A stretch of DNA of 61,719 bases, counting the filler, from a bacterium UBP13_UBA5359 (lineage in GTDB: Bacteria > UBP13 > UBA5359), in the NCBI GenBank assembly GCA_002410925.1. It is 4 parts of 4 records of this genome, joined end to end, with 100 filler letters (N's around TTAATTAATTAA, not from the genome) between each part and the next. Parts side by side here need not be neighbours in the genome. Positions count along the whole stretch, not along the records: positions 30,846 to 61,719 come from DHPR01000018.1; 3 more parts are not named here. The stretch is one strand, 5' to 3'. Of the stretch, positions 41,178 through 50,539 are shown one piece after another (within the stretch, counting starts at the first letter, position 1; each line of letters begins with the position of its first letter). The notes beneath the pieces are model-generated. The model saw only the letters and a list, made by a program, of their open reading frames with translations, was not told the origin of the DNA and searched no databases. Both the position numbers and the translations under genes were made by a program.

Positions 41178-43403
41178 TCAGCACATACTCCTTAGATATT
41201 CCGCCTTTAAAGGCAACCTTATAGTGAACTTGCTTCCTTTGCCGCTTCTGCTTTCAAGTTCAATGCTTCCGTGGTGTTCGCTGATTATCTTATGCGCCAG
41301 CGATAACCCTAAACCGGTGCCATCCTTCTTTGTGGTGAAGAACGGATTGAATATCTTATCTCTGAGATCTATGGGAATACCTTCACCGCTATCGGCGATA
41401 GCAATATACAGCCATCCGTTGCCGGTACCGGCAGAAATGCTTATTTCTCCGCTGTTAGCAGTAGCCTCTACAGCATTTAGAATCACGTTAAGCAATGCGC
41501 GCTGCAAGCGAACAGCATCAACGTTAGCTTCCGGCAATTCGCTATAATCTTTCGACAATCGTATGCCTTTTTCCTTTATTCTAGGTTCAGAAAGCCGGAT
41601 TGTTTCGAAAAGCATAGATTGCATATCCGTCAAGGCCATCCTGCGGCTGCTATCACGAGCAAATTCAAGAAGGCTGGTCGTCAGCTCGTTAAGGTGAATA
41701 GCTTCATTCCGCACAACACTCAGCTGCGGGCTGATATCTCCATTCATCTTCATCGACATGGCGGCATAGCCGTTAATAAGATTGAGTGAGTTACGTATCT
41801 CATGTGATAACCCTGCCGTCATTTCACCTATAGCCGCCAACTTCTCGCGTCGCAGAGCTAAACGTTCCATCTCCTTTATTTCAGTTATATCGTTAAATAC
41901 CAGAATAACCGCGCCGGTCTGCTCACTTTGGGGATTCATAAGCGAGCTGTGGGCGGAAACTATTTTATTGGTTCCCGGCAGCTCGATCTCCCGTCCAAGA
42001 CAGGGTCTTCTCTGTTGCGCATTGGCGATAATATCATTGAAGACCGATAAGACCTTAAAGCCCTCAATATGCGCTCCCTGCGCCCGGCAAATCGCAATAC
42101 CGGTTATCATACTGGCGGCATTGTTAAAGGTAATGATCCCTCCACCCGGATTTACTACCACCACCCCGCTGGTCATACTGGCCAGGATATTCTCATTATA
42201 GCGCTTGACGGAAATTATCTCTGTATAAAAATCCTCCAGCTTGCCGGACATCTCATTAAAAGTGCCTGCCAACTCCGCAATCTCATCCTCGCCCTGCACC
42301 TGTACGCGCTCCTCAAAGCGTCCCATACCTAAAACCTTGATACTGGATACCAATGCCAAAAGAGGCTTGGTAATACTCCGTGCCTGGCTCATGCCCGCCA
42401 TGTAGGTCAACAGGATGCTAAGCACCAGCGTCCATATTGCCAGGCGCCGTATCCTGTAGGCGGCAGCATAGGCTTCTGCCATATTCTGCTGCACCGCCAC
42501 GGTCCATCCCAGACTGGGCATATAAGCATAGGCGTTAAGGGTAGCCGTTCCGGATTCATCAAGAGCTTCATAGGCGCCCCTACCCTTGCCGGCAACACTG
42601 GCGGCCTCAAAGCCTTGCATATGGATCTGCTTCAACACCCGCCTGGTGTCGCGATGAGCTATCAAACAGCCATCCTTGTCCGTCACCAGAGCCCGGCCGG
42701 TATGGCCGAGCTTGATGCTATCGATAAGATTCCACATGTCGCACAAGGTTACTTCCGCCAGAAGCAAACCGGCATTATTTCCTAACCGAGTTATGGGAAC
42801 GGCTATGGTCACACATGGAACCTGGTAACTGTTCATATATACGCTGGATATAGCCTCTTTGCCCTTTAACGCCACTTCAATTATTTCGGCATCCTGGAGG
42901 CTGGTTGCCGATTCATTCAGATTACTAGCGGCTAAAGCCTTACCGCTTGCATCATAAAGTGTCAGGTCATTGAAAGCAGCAAAATGCAAGGAGAGATTGC
43001 GCAGCAGAAGCTCCTGCCGCCATGGATCCATTGGGGATGCGGCTATAACTCCGGCACATCCTCTCAGCATGGATTTGGCCGATTCAACATAACTCTCGAT
43101 ATGCCTGGCCGCCCTTGCAGCCACCTGTATATTGCCGTAAGTAACCGCCTTCTTAACAGTGCGCTGCCCCGTCCAGGTTACCAAAAGGCCTGAAATTAAT
43201 ATAGGAACGCTGGTCAAACAGAGCATGATTATAAGCAGGCGCCGGTGCAGACTCTGTTTTCGGCTGGTGATAAAATCTGTCATACCCATAAGGCCGGCCA
43301 GCTTGAGTCCTGTATTCACAACCAATCGCCAGGCATGCTGAAGATACTGCCCTTTGAGAGATATATCCTCTCCAGATAATTTATGCATCGATAACAGCTC
43401 CAA
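41178..43403 (-). CDS. Sensor histidine kinase (TM-dCache-TM-HAMP-PAS-HisKA-HATPase)
   Basis: Cache motifs LIAH and WTVAV; HAMP DEIAELAGTFNEM; H-box AGLSHEIRNSL; NAVEA, DSGEGI, PFFTTK, GTGLGL. True start probably near 43283. Confidence 0.92.
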   Translation of the reverse strand: MELLSMHKLSGEDISLKGQYLQHAWRLVVNTGLKLAGLMGMTDFITSRKQSLHRRLLIIMLCLTSVPILISGLLVTWTGQRTVKKAVTYGNIQVAARAARHIESYVESAKSMLRGCAGVIAASPMDPWRQELLLRNLSLHFAAFNDLTLYDASGKALAASNLNESATSLQDAEIIEVALKGKEAISSVYMNSYQVPCVTIAVPITRLGNNAGLLLAEVTLCDMWNLIDSIKLGHTGRALVTDKDGCLIAHRDTRRVLKQIHMQGFEAASVAGKGRGAYEALDESGTATLNAYAYMPSLGWTVAVQQNMAEAYAAAYRIRRLAIWTLVLSILLTYMAGMSQARSITKPLLALVSSIKVLGMGRFEERVQVQGEDEIAELAGTFNEMSGKLEDFYTEIISVKRYNENILASMTSGVVVVNPGGGIITFNNAASMITGIAICRAQGAHIEGFKVLSVFNDIIANAQQRRPCLGREIELPGTNKIVSAHSSLMNPQSEQTGAVILVFNDITEIKEMERLALRREKLAAIGEMTAGLSHEIRNSLNLINGYAAMSMKMNGDISPQLSVVRNEAIHLNELTTSLLEFARDSSRRMALTDMQSMLFETIRLSEPRIKEKGIRLSKDYSELPEANVDAVRLQRALLNVILNAVEATANSGEISISAGTGNGWLYIAIADSGEGIPIDLRDKIFNPFFTTKKDGTGLGLSLAHKIISEHHGSIELESRSGKGSKFTIRLPLKAEYLRSMC

Positions 43404-43499
43404 TTCCGGTATTTTTGTTATAGCGAGCCTATTTCAAGCTATAACCCGCATGCAAAAATACCGCAGAAAACACCGATAAATCTATGAAAATATAAATAC

Positions 43500-43529
43500 G
43501 CGCTTGTCGGCACCGAAACAGCGCTTGTA
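43500..43529 (+). promoter_or_regulatory. Pair of GCGCTTGT boxes at 21-bp spacing upstream of the kinase gene (candidate LytTR site)
   Basis: CGCTTGT at 43501 and 43522; same core as the 47341-47416 array. Confidence 0.4.
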
Positions 43530-43573
43530 TAGCCGGCTCCGGCCATAGGCAGAGACACCCCTTCAGCTATAGC

Positions 43574-45178
43574 TTACTGCTGCTTTGTTTGATACCGCTC
43601 AGGGATATACCATTCCTCTATATTCCAGATTACACCCTGATCGCAGGGGGATATTCCCTTGAAATACCGATTGATACCCACCAGTTCGTTTAGATGGAAA
43701 AGAAATGCTACCGGTAAATCATCGGCCAGCAAACGATGCAGAGCTCTATAGGCATTGCAGCAATCTTCTTCGTTTTTTGCCCGGCGTCCGGCCATAATCA
43801 GCTTATCTGCCTGCAAATTATTGTAGGAACTGAAATTCAAGCCATCGTTTGTTTGCGAAGAATGGAATGTCCTGTATATTACACTAGGGTCAGGAGCAGT
43901 AATGGCCTCAATAAACAGAATATCGAAGTTGCGTGGCATCATATAATTATTGATCAGAACCGAGACATCAAGACAAACTATATTAAGCTTGATTCCAACC
44001 TCAGCAAGTTGTTGCTGTATCAGCAGCGCCGATTTATCCTTGATATCATTGCCTTTATCATAAAGGAGAGTGATTGCTAATTCCCTGCCGTTTTTATCCA
44101 GGATACCATCGCCGTCGGTATCGCCCCAGCCCAGGCTGCACAGCAGCTTCACAGCCTTAGGGGGATTATAGGCCGGCTCTCCTACATGGGGATTATTGGC
44201 CCAGGATGCGGGGGAGTACGGCCCCCGACAGACTGCCCCCTGCCCCAGCAGCGCCTTGTTAACAATCGCCTGACGATCAATGCACATGGATATAGCCTGC
44301 CTCAGACGCAGATTCTGAAAGAGCGGCCGCCTCATATTGAATACCAGCGAGTAGTAATAGGGCCGGCTATAATTGTAGCTTCTCAGGTGGGGATTGCGCT
44401 TGACCCGGTTGAAATCCTCCGCCGTCAGGCCGTAATCCATCCAGTCTATATCTCCGGCCTCCAGCTCAGCCCAGAGGGCGGTCAAGTCCTGATAACGTTT
44501 GAAGATTATCTTATCGATATGCGGCCGCCCGCGAAAGTACTTGTCATTAGCCACCAACATCGCTCTCTTTTCCGGAATAAATGATTCCAGACGATAACGT
44601 CCGGTGCCGACAGGACAAGTGGTAAATATGGGATCATCAAGCTTGCGGCCGGCACAGAGATGAGCCGGTAGAATACCGTAACGCATAGCGTAAATAAAGG
44701 GGGCAAAGGAGGTCTTGAGCTTGAAGACCACCTTGTATGGTCCCTTGCTCTCCACCGAATCGACTTCGCCCAGGTCTGCCGCCCACGCTGAGAAGTTTTT
44801 GGGGTCGAGAATGCTTTTATAGGTAAAGAGAACATCCTTACTGGTCAATTCCCGGCCGTCATGAAAGAGTATGCCCGGCCTTAAAAGAAAGGTCCAGATA
44901 CGTCCATCGGAAGAGACCGACCAGGCGGAGGCCAGGCAGGGTTGGGGGCGGTTATCCCTGTCCAGCCTCACCAGGCCGTCGTAGATGATATCATTGATCC
45001 AGCTACTGACACTCCAGCAAGTTATCACGGGGTTGAAAGGCTCGAAGTCACTGCTGGTGCCTATCACCAGCCGGCCGCCGTCAGGCACCGTATTATGCGA
45101 ATCCTGGCGATTGCATAATAGCACAGCGGCTATTACGGCCGCCACCATCAGAGCAAAGAAATAATTCCGGCACTTCAA
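43574..45178 (-). CDS. Family 5 (OppA/AppA-like) peptide substrate-binding protein, with no adjacent permease
   Basis: Signal peptide, IYDGLV, WTFLLRPGILFHDG, PVGTGRY, LRQAISMCIDR, GWGDTDGDGILDKNG. Confidence 0.9.
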   Translation of the reverse strand: MKCRNYFFALMVAAVIAAVLLCNRQDSHNTVPDGGRLVIGTSSDFEPFNPVITCWSVSSWINDIIYDGLVRLDRDNRPQPCLASAWSVSSDGRIWTFLLRPGILFHDGRELTSKDVLFTYKSILDPKNFSAWAADLGEVDSVESKGPYKVVFKLKTSFAPFIYAMRYGILPAHLCAGRKLDDPIFTTCPVGTGRYRLESFIPEKRAMLVANDKYFRGRPHIDKIIFKRYQDLTALWAELEAGDIDWMDYGLTAEDFNRVKRNPHLRSYNYSRPYYYSLVFNMRRPLFQNLRLRQAISMCIDRQAIVNKALLGQGAVCRGPYSPASWANNPHVGEPAYNPPKAVKLLCSLGWGDTDGDGILDKNGRELAITLLYDKGNDIKDKSALLIQQQLAEVGIKLNIVCLDVSVLINNYMMPRNFDILFIEAITAPDPSVIYRTFHSSQTNDGLNFSSYNNLQADKLIMAGRRAKNEEDCCNAYRALHRLLADDLPVAFLFHLNELVGINRYFKGISPCDQGVIWNIEEWYIPERYQTKQQ

Positions 45179-45195
45179 ATCGGGCCTCCTGCAAG

Positions 45196-46503
45196 CTACT
45201 CCTCCAGCGCCATTATTTTAACATATTCACGGCCCACTTTGTTAAAAAAACCTTTCTCGCAGGCTACTCCGCGGTAATCTCCCCTCTTGACAAAGGCGGC
45301 GTAGCGGCAGCCACCTCCGCAAATCGGCATAAAATTGCACTGCCGGCACTCCCAGAAGAAGCCGACATTAAGCGCCTCCAGATGGCGGCCGTCAAAGCCG
45401 GTCTGGATATGTCCCACGCAGAACTCATCCCGGCCGGCAAAGGCCTCGCACTTATACATAGCGCCATCGGCATTGATAACCACCGAGGCCTCCCGCAGTG
45501 CATGGCAGGGCCCTATAGCCAGATCGACTACCGTATTAATGCCCCTTTTTCGTGCTTCCCGATGCATTCGGGGAAAGTGCTCTATCGCCTTGCTCTCAGA
45601 GCAGGTCCGGCCATAGCAGCTGCCCTTCCGAGAAGAGCGCAGATATATGGTATCGAGTATGGGTTTAAACCGCATCTGAGCTATCTTACCGCTAAGGCGA
45701 TCCACCCGAAGACGGTCCATCAGCCGAATGACGCTCTCCTGATTATCGTTGGCCAGGTTGACGGTCAGCACCAAATTTACCAGATCGGCTATTGCCGATA
45801 TATTGCTCATAATAGTTTCAAAAGTGCCCTCGCCGTCAAGAAATGGGCGATGCTCATCATGGCAGCGGGCGTCGCCGTCAAGCGTTACCCTTACCTCATG
45901 CAGCCCCAGCTCCCGCCACGCCTCTAGCTGCTCCCGCTGCAGCAATGTACCATTGGTTATCAGTGTGGCGCCAAAGGCTATACCCCTCAAGCTCGTTTCT
46001 TTATGAAGGCGGGTAAGGACCAGCTCTAGCAAATGGGGTACCAGCAGAGCCTCCCCGCCCATAATAATTATCTCCAGTGAGCGTGATCCGGCCTCATCCG
46101 CACTCTTTGCCAGCCACTCCACCGCCCTGCAGCAGGTATCCTCATCCATATGGCTGCTGATATCCGAGCCCTCCTGCACGCAGTAGATGCAGGCCAGGTT
46201 ACAGGCGCCGGTCAGAATGAAGGTGGCGTCATAAGTGCTCTTGTCGCTGACAAAGGCATTGTACTGCTCATCATATAAGGCCAGCTCATCTGCCTCCCTG
46301 GGAACCACCATGCCTATGCTGCAGAGCTGATCGGCCATCTCCCGCTCCTCCGGCCGGACTTCATCGCCGCAGGTCCACTCATACATGCGATCTCTCAATT
46401 CACGCCCCACTACAGCTACCGAGCCGTGCAGGGTATTATAGATCATGACTGAGCCGCTGCGGTCGGGATGACCTTCATAATAGTTGAAGATAGAAGATTT
46501 CAT
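45196..46503 (-). CDS. Radical SAM/SPASM domain peptide maturase
   Basis: N-terminal RRE-like segment (IYNTLHG), CNLACIYC, MGGEALL, TNG, VTLDG; SPASM cysteines C...YKC...CRQC...CGGGC...C. Start at ATG 46503 after GGAGGT. Confidence 0.92.
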   Translation of the reverse strand: MKSSIFNYYEGHPDRSGSVMIYNTLHGSVAVVGRELRDRMYEWTCGDEVRPEEREMADQLCSIGMVVPREADELALYDEQYNAFVSDKSTYDATFILTGACNLACIYCVQEGSDISSHMDEDTCCRAVEWLAKSADEAGSRSLEIIIMGGEALLVPHLLELVLTRLHKETSLRGIAFGATLITNGTLLQREQLEAWRELGLHEVRVTLDGDARCHDEHRPFLDGEGTFETIMSNISAIADLVNLVLTVNLANDNQESVIRLMDRLRVDRLSGKIAQMRFKPILDTIYLRSSRKGSCYGRTCSESKAIEHFPRMHREARKRGINTVVDLAIGPCHALREASVVINADGAMYKCEAFAGRDEFCVGHIQTGFDGRHLEALNVGFFWECRQCNFMPICGGGCRYAAFVKRGDYRGVACEKGFFNKVGREYVKIMALEE

Positions 46504-46566
46504 TGGTAAAGAACCTACCTCCGCTTCAGATAAAGTGAGAATCAGGCGCAAGATGCATCATTTTAA

Positions 46567-46629
46567 TCACCTAAGAATTACACAACCCAAGGGGCCGGGC
46601 TTGCCGGTACGAATAACCGTCAACTTCAT
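46567..46629 (-). CDS. Putative 20-aa RiPP precursor peptide MKLTVIRTGKPGPLGCVILR
   Basis: Missed by the ORF track. Near-perfect RBS GGAAGGAGGTGG before ATG; lies directly upstream of the rSAM/SPASM gene; single Cys near the C-terminus. Confidence 0.75.
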   Translation of the reverse strand: MKLTVIRTGKPGPLGCVILR

Positions 46630-46678
46630 TTTACCACCTCCTTCCCGCTCTTTATTGCTTTAACCTGTAAAAAATATC

Positions 46679-47242
46679 TCAGCTTTCTTCCTGGGGTTTA
46701 TCTTTACGTTGATATATGCGCCTGATCCTCGAGCTGTAAAGCTCCCCAAGCTGAGGGTTGATGTTAACCGTTCCGGGGTCTCCCCTTTCATCCAGGATAA
46801 AATAGTTCTCTTTATTACCGTCAAAGGGATAAAGCCTGGAAAGAGGATTACGACGAATATCCACAATATCATTCTGCCTGTTTCTGACCGATATTATCTC
46901 ATAGCAGGTATCAGGGTTTACCCAAATGGGAAGATCGCGATTCATATAAAGATCGTTAGTGCTATTATCACCACGGCCACTTCTGATCTTTATATTGCCA
47001 TAGGACTCCAGCAATACAGATGGGAAATAGTATTCATCCATTATTCCTATACGCTGCACCATACGCAGCAGCCAATGGGTAATATCAAGGGGGTAAGAAC
47101 AACGGCTCTTGACCTCGATAAACTCTCTGTCAAGGTCTACCCAGCGCCCATGCTCCCGACGGGGGCCGGAGCCATCTATACCTATCGTCACAATCTGTAA
47201 CGGGAAGAGCTCCTTTTCTATCTGCCTTACCCTCTTTTCCAT
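46679..47242 (-). CDS. Lamin tail domain (LTD)-like protein without a signal peptide
   Basis: EFIEVK...LDITHWLLR...YYFPS...IKIRSGRGDNSTNDLYMNR...IW matches the LTD pattern E-Y-V-E-I...VDLTGW...YTFP...TGxG..T..DLYW. Confidence 0.6.
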   Translation of the reverse strand: MEKRVRQIEKELFPLQIVTIGIDGSGPRREHGRWVDLDREFIEVKSRCSYPLDITHWLLRMVQRIGIMDEYYFPSVLLESYGNIKIRSGRGDNSTNDLYMNRDLPIWVNPDTCYEIISVRNRQNDIVDIRRNPLSRLYPFDGNKENYFILDERGDPGTVNINPQLGELYSSRIRRIYQRKDKPQEES

Positions 47243-47340
47243 ACCGTGATATCACCTGCCCAGTAGCATATCGTCATACCGATTGCCTGTATTACACAGA
47301 AGCTATCTTTGACTTTGAGGGCACTAAACCCTATATCAAA

Positions 47341-47416
47341 TACAAAAGTGGCCGGTTTTGGGGTACAAATGGCCGGAATTCAGGTACAAGCGGCCGGTTT
47401 TAAGGTACAAGCGGCC
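47341..47416 (-). promoter_or_regulatory. Four direct repeats at exact 21-bp period (minus-strand core GGCCGCTTGTACC), candidate LytTR operator array
   Basis: GGCC cores at 47350, 47371, 47392 and 47413. Two-helical-turn periodicity is typical of LytTR sites, and the core resembles the AlgR box ACCGTTCGTC. Confidence 0.7.
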
Positions 47417-47444
47417 AATCCCGCATGAAAGGCGGGTTTTAGAA

Positions 47445-47548
47445 TGTGAACAATCTGTTAATTAGCGTTGATAAAAAAGCTATCCACATTTACATGTCCA
47501 CAAACCCGTGTGGCAAGTGTTAATGTTAATTAATGTGTCTGTGAATAA
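47445..47548. promoter_or_regulatory. Cluster of DnaA-box-like nonamers in an AT-rich intergenic stretch
   Basis: TTGTTCACA (-, 47445), CTATCCACA (+, 47480), ATGTCCACA (+, 47494), TTATTCACA (-, 47540). Confidence 0.45.
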
Positions 47549-47621
47549 CTTTTTACGTAAGCCTTTGGGATGAGGAGTTTGCATTAGCATTATGGAAGAG
47601 TTTTCGAGTGAATGTCCTAAC

Positions 47622-48467
47622 TTATATCAGCCTTATGTTATCTATCAAGCGGGTATTACCCAGCCGTGCTGCGACAAGCATGACGGCGCCGGGGCGTAAT
47701 TCATGTAACAGCTGAAGGCTGTCGCCGTCGGCAATCTCCAGATATTCCAGTTGCAAAGCGGGCTGAGAGGCTATTCTGTCCAGTGCATAACGGCGTATCG
47801 CCTGAATATCTTCTTCACCAGAGGCCGCCGCTTCTGCCGCCGCTCTCAATGCTTTGTAAAGCCACGGAGCCACGGAGCGCTCTTCCGGAGAAAGATATTT
47901 ATTGCGGGAGCTCATGGCCAGCCCATCAGCTTCGCGCACGATAGGCACAGAGAGAATCTTCAGCGGCAGATCGAGGTCTTGTGCAAACCGACGTATCACC
48001 TGTAACTGCTGGTAATCCTTCTCCCCAAAATAAGCCTGGTCAGGATCGGTCATATTAAATAGTTTAAGCACAACTGTTGCTACGCCTCTGAAATGGCCGG
48101 GGCGGGAGGCACCGCACAGGCAATTCGCCAGGCTTCCTTCCACCTCTACCCAGGTATTGAATCCGGCAGGATATATTTCTGCGGCTGCGGGCGCAAAGAC
48201 CAGATCAGCACCGACTTCTGCGGCAACCTGAAGATCTCTCTTCAAGGTTCTGGGATAGCGGTCTAAATCTTCATTAGGAGCGAATTGAGCAGGATTGACA
48301 AAGATGCTGACTATGGTAAAGCAGCCATCCTTGGCTGCCTGCGCTATAAGAGCGGCATGCCCGCAGTGCAGAGCGCCCATGGTGGGTACCAGCCCTATTT
48401 TACGCCCCTCCCTCCGGGCTGCTTTCACAGCCCGGCGCAAATCGGCAATCCTCTCTATGCACTGCAT
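47622..48467 (-). CDS. panC: Pantoate--beta-alanine ligase
   Basis: [52 protein letters not shown]. Confidence 0.97.
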   Translation of the reverse strand: MQCIERIADLRRAVKAARREGRKIGLVPTMGALHCGHAALIAQAAKDGCFTIVSIFVNPAQFAPNEDLDRYPRTLKRDLQVAAEVGADLVFAPAAAEIYPAGFNTWVEVEGSLANCLCGASRPGHFRGVATVVLKLFNMTDPDQAYFGEKDYQQLQVIRRFAQDLDLPLKILSVPIVREADGLAMSSRNKYLSPEERSVAPWLYKALRAAAEAAASGEEDIQAIRRYALDRIASQPALQLEYLEIADGDSLQLLHELRPGAVMLVAARLGNTRLIDNIRLI

Positions 48468-49759
48468 CCTGACCGCTCCCTTTCCAGTTGCCGGCTAAGC
48501 ACTCTCATGGCACAGAAATCGCCGCACATGGAGCATACTTCAGGATCCTTTCCGGCACGGCGATTATGATATTCGCGAGCCCGCGCAGAATCTATGGCCA
48601 ATTCCATCTGTGCTTCCCAATCCAACGCCTTGCGAGCCTGAGCCATACGGCGATCCCATTCCCAGGCACCGGACACACCCTTGGCTATATCGGCTGCATG
48701 GCCGGCAATGCGCGCAGCCATAATTCCCTGACGGACATCATCGGCCTCGGGCAACCCCAGATGCTCAGCCGGCGTCACATAGCAGAGAAAATCGGCTCCA
48801 GCCCTGGCGGCCAGTGCACCGCCGATAGCCGCGGTTATATGATCATACCCAGGCGCCACATCTGTTACCAGAGGGCCCAGAACATAGAACGGCGCACCAT
48901 GACAGAGCCTCTTTTGCAGCAGTATGTTGGCCTCTATCTGATCCAGCGGCACATGGCCGGGGCCTTCTATCATTACCTGCACGCCTGCTTCCCAGGCTTT
49001 ATCGGTCAGTTCTCCTAGAACCAAGAGCTCCTGTATCTGCGCTCTATCGGTAGCATCGGCCAAACAGCCGGGACGCAATCCATCGCCCAGGCTAAGAGTA
49101 ACATCGTATTTGGCAGCTATTTCCAGCAGGCGGTCAAAGTGTCGGTACAGGGGATTCTCTTCTTTATTCTCGAGCATCCAGCAAACCAAGAAGGAGCCTC
49201 CGCGGCTGACGACATCTGTAACACGGCCTTCACGCTGCAAGCGCATGATAACCTCTGTGGTGATACCGCTGTGCACCGTCATAAAGTCCACGCCCTCTGC
49301 AGCTTGCCTTTCGATGACATCGAAGATGAGCTCGGGATCTATATCGGCTACCGTATTTCCGGCAGCCACAGTCTCCACAGCCGCCTGATAGATGGGCACT
49401 GTCCCCAGAGGCACAGGGCATGCCTCCAGTATAGCCTGCCGAATACCGGCGATATCTCCGCCGGTGCTCAGATCCATAACGGCATCAGCCCCAGCATCCA
49501 GAGCCACTCTCAGCTTTTCCAATTCATCTTCCAGCCGGGGATAATCGATAGAGGTTCCTATGTTGGCGTTTACCTTGGTTTTTAGGCCCTTACCTATGGC
49601 CAGGGGCTGCAAGGAAATGTGATTTTTATTGGCAGGAAGAGCGATAGTGCCTTCAGCCAATCCCTGCCTGATAATTTCGGCCTCCACACCCTCACGGGCT
49701 GCAGCCGCTTCCATCTGTGGCGATACTCTGCCCTGACGGGCTATCTGCATTTGAGTCAT
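48455..49759 (-). CDS. thiC: Phosphomethylpyrimidine synthase
   Basis: [40 protein letters not shown]-terminal CSMCGDFC; located in the thi operon. Confidence 0.95.
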   Translation of the reverse strand: MTQMQIARQGRVSPQMEAAAAREGVEAEIIRQGLAEGTIALPANKNHISLQPLAIGKGLKTKVNANIGTSIDYPRLEDELEKLRVALDAGADAVMDLSTGGDIAGIRQAILEACPVPLGTVPIYQAAVETVAAGNTVADIDPELIFDVIERQAAEGVDFMTVHSGITTEVIMRLQREGRVTDVVSRGGSFLVCWMLENKEENPLYRHFDRLLEIAAKYDVTLSLGDGLRPGCLADATDRAQIQELLVLGELTDKAWEAGVQVMIEGPGHVPLDQIEANILLQKRLCHGAPFYVLGPLVTDVAPGYDHITAAIGGALAARAGADFLCYVTPAEHLGLPEADDVRQGIMAARIAGHAADIAKGVSGAWEWDRRMAQARKALDWEAQMELAIDSARAREYHNRRAGKDPEVCSMCGDFCAMRVLSRQLERERSGCSA

Positions 49760-50526
49760 TTCACAACTCCCTCTGTAGGACTACTGGCGCTGGCTCGTTC
49801 CAATTTAGGAATACGGCCGGCTTTGAAAGCCATCCGGCCAGCTCTGACTCCAAGCTTCATGGACTCAGCCATCAGCGGCGGATTCTTCGCTCTGGCAATG
49901 GCGGTGTTGATAAGAACAGCTGACGCTCCCAGTTCCATGGCCATGGCCGCATCAGATGGCACGCCCAGGCCGGCATCCACCACTACCGGCACTCCGGCCC
50001 TCTCTATTATCAGAGATATGCGTGCCGGATCGCCGAAACCGCGTCCCGATCCAATATACGAGGCCAACGGCATAACGGTGACCGCACCGGCATCCTCCAG
50101 CTTAGCGGCTATTATCGGATCATCCGTAGTATAAGGTAGAACAGTGAAGCCCTCCTTTACCAGAATTCTGGTAGCCTCAAGCGTACCAACCACATCCGGC
50201 AGCAGCGTAGCCGGATCAGGTATGACTTCCAGCTTTATCAGGTCGGATAACCCGGCAGCCCTGGCCAGCCTGGCTAACCGTATAGCCTCTTCAGCCGTGG
50301 CGGCACCGGCAGTATTAGGTAATAAAGTATACCGATCAAGATCTATATACTCCAGTAATGATTCTCCGAGTTCATCCAGATTCATTCGGCGTACAGCCAC
50401 AGTTACTATCTCTGCCTCCGCCGCCTCCAAAGATTCTTTCATCAGGTCCATGGTGGCATATTTGCCGGTTCCAACCATAAGCCTGTTGGTAAACTCCCTT
50501 CCGGCAATTATCAATTTATCGCTCAT
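49756..50526 (-). CDS. thiG: Thiazole synthase
   Basis: [42 protein letters not shown]; start moved to ATG 50526. Confidence 0.97.
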   Translation of the reverse strand: MSDKLIIAGREFTNRLMVGTGKYATMDLMKESLEAAEAEIVTVAVRRMNLDELGESLLEYIDLDRYTLLPNTAGAATAEEAIRLARLARAAGLSDLIKLEVIPDPATLLPDVVGTLEATRILVKEGFTVLPYTTDDPIIAAKLEDAGAVTVMPLASYIGSGRGFGDPARISLIIERAGVPVVVDAGLGVPSDAAMAMELGASAVLINTAIARAKNPPLMAESMKLGVRAGRMAFKAGRIPKLERASASSPTEGVVK

Positions 50527-50539
50527 AATAAACTCCTTT

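Noticed and set aside
46504-46569. Precursor ORF in frame with the rSAM gene (read-through or selenocysteine fusion)
   Set aside because: Two TGA stops intervene, no SECIS-like hairpin is evident, and the rSAM gene has its own RBS; a one-in-three coincidence.
47341-47416. CRISPR array or plasmid iterons
   Set aside because: A 21-bp period leaves no room for spacers and there are no cas or rep genes; a LytTR operator fits better.
48455-49759. BzaA/B/F (cobamide lower-ligand) assignment for the ThiC-like gene
   Set aside because: Its position in a TPP-riboswitch operon with thiS and thiG supports ThiC.
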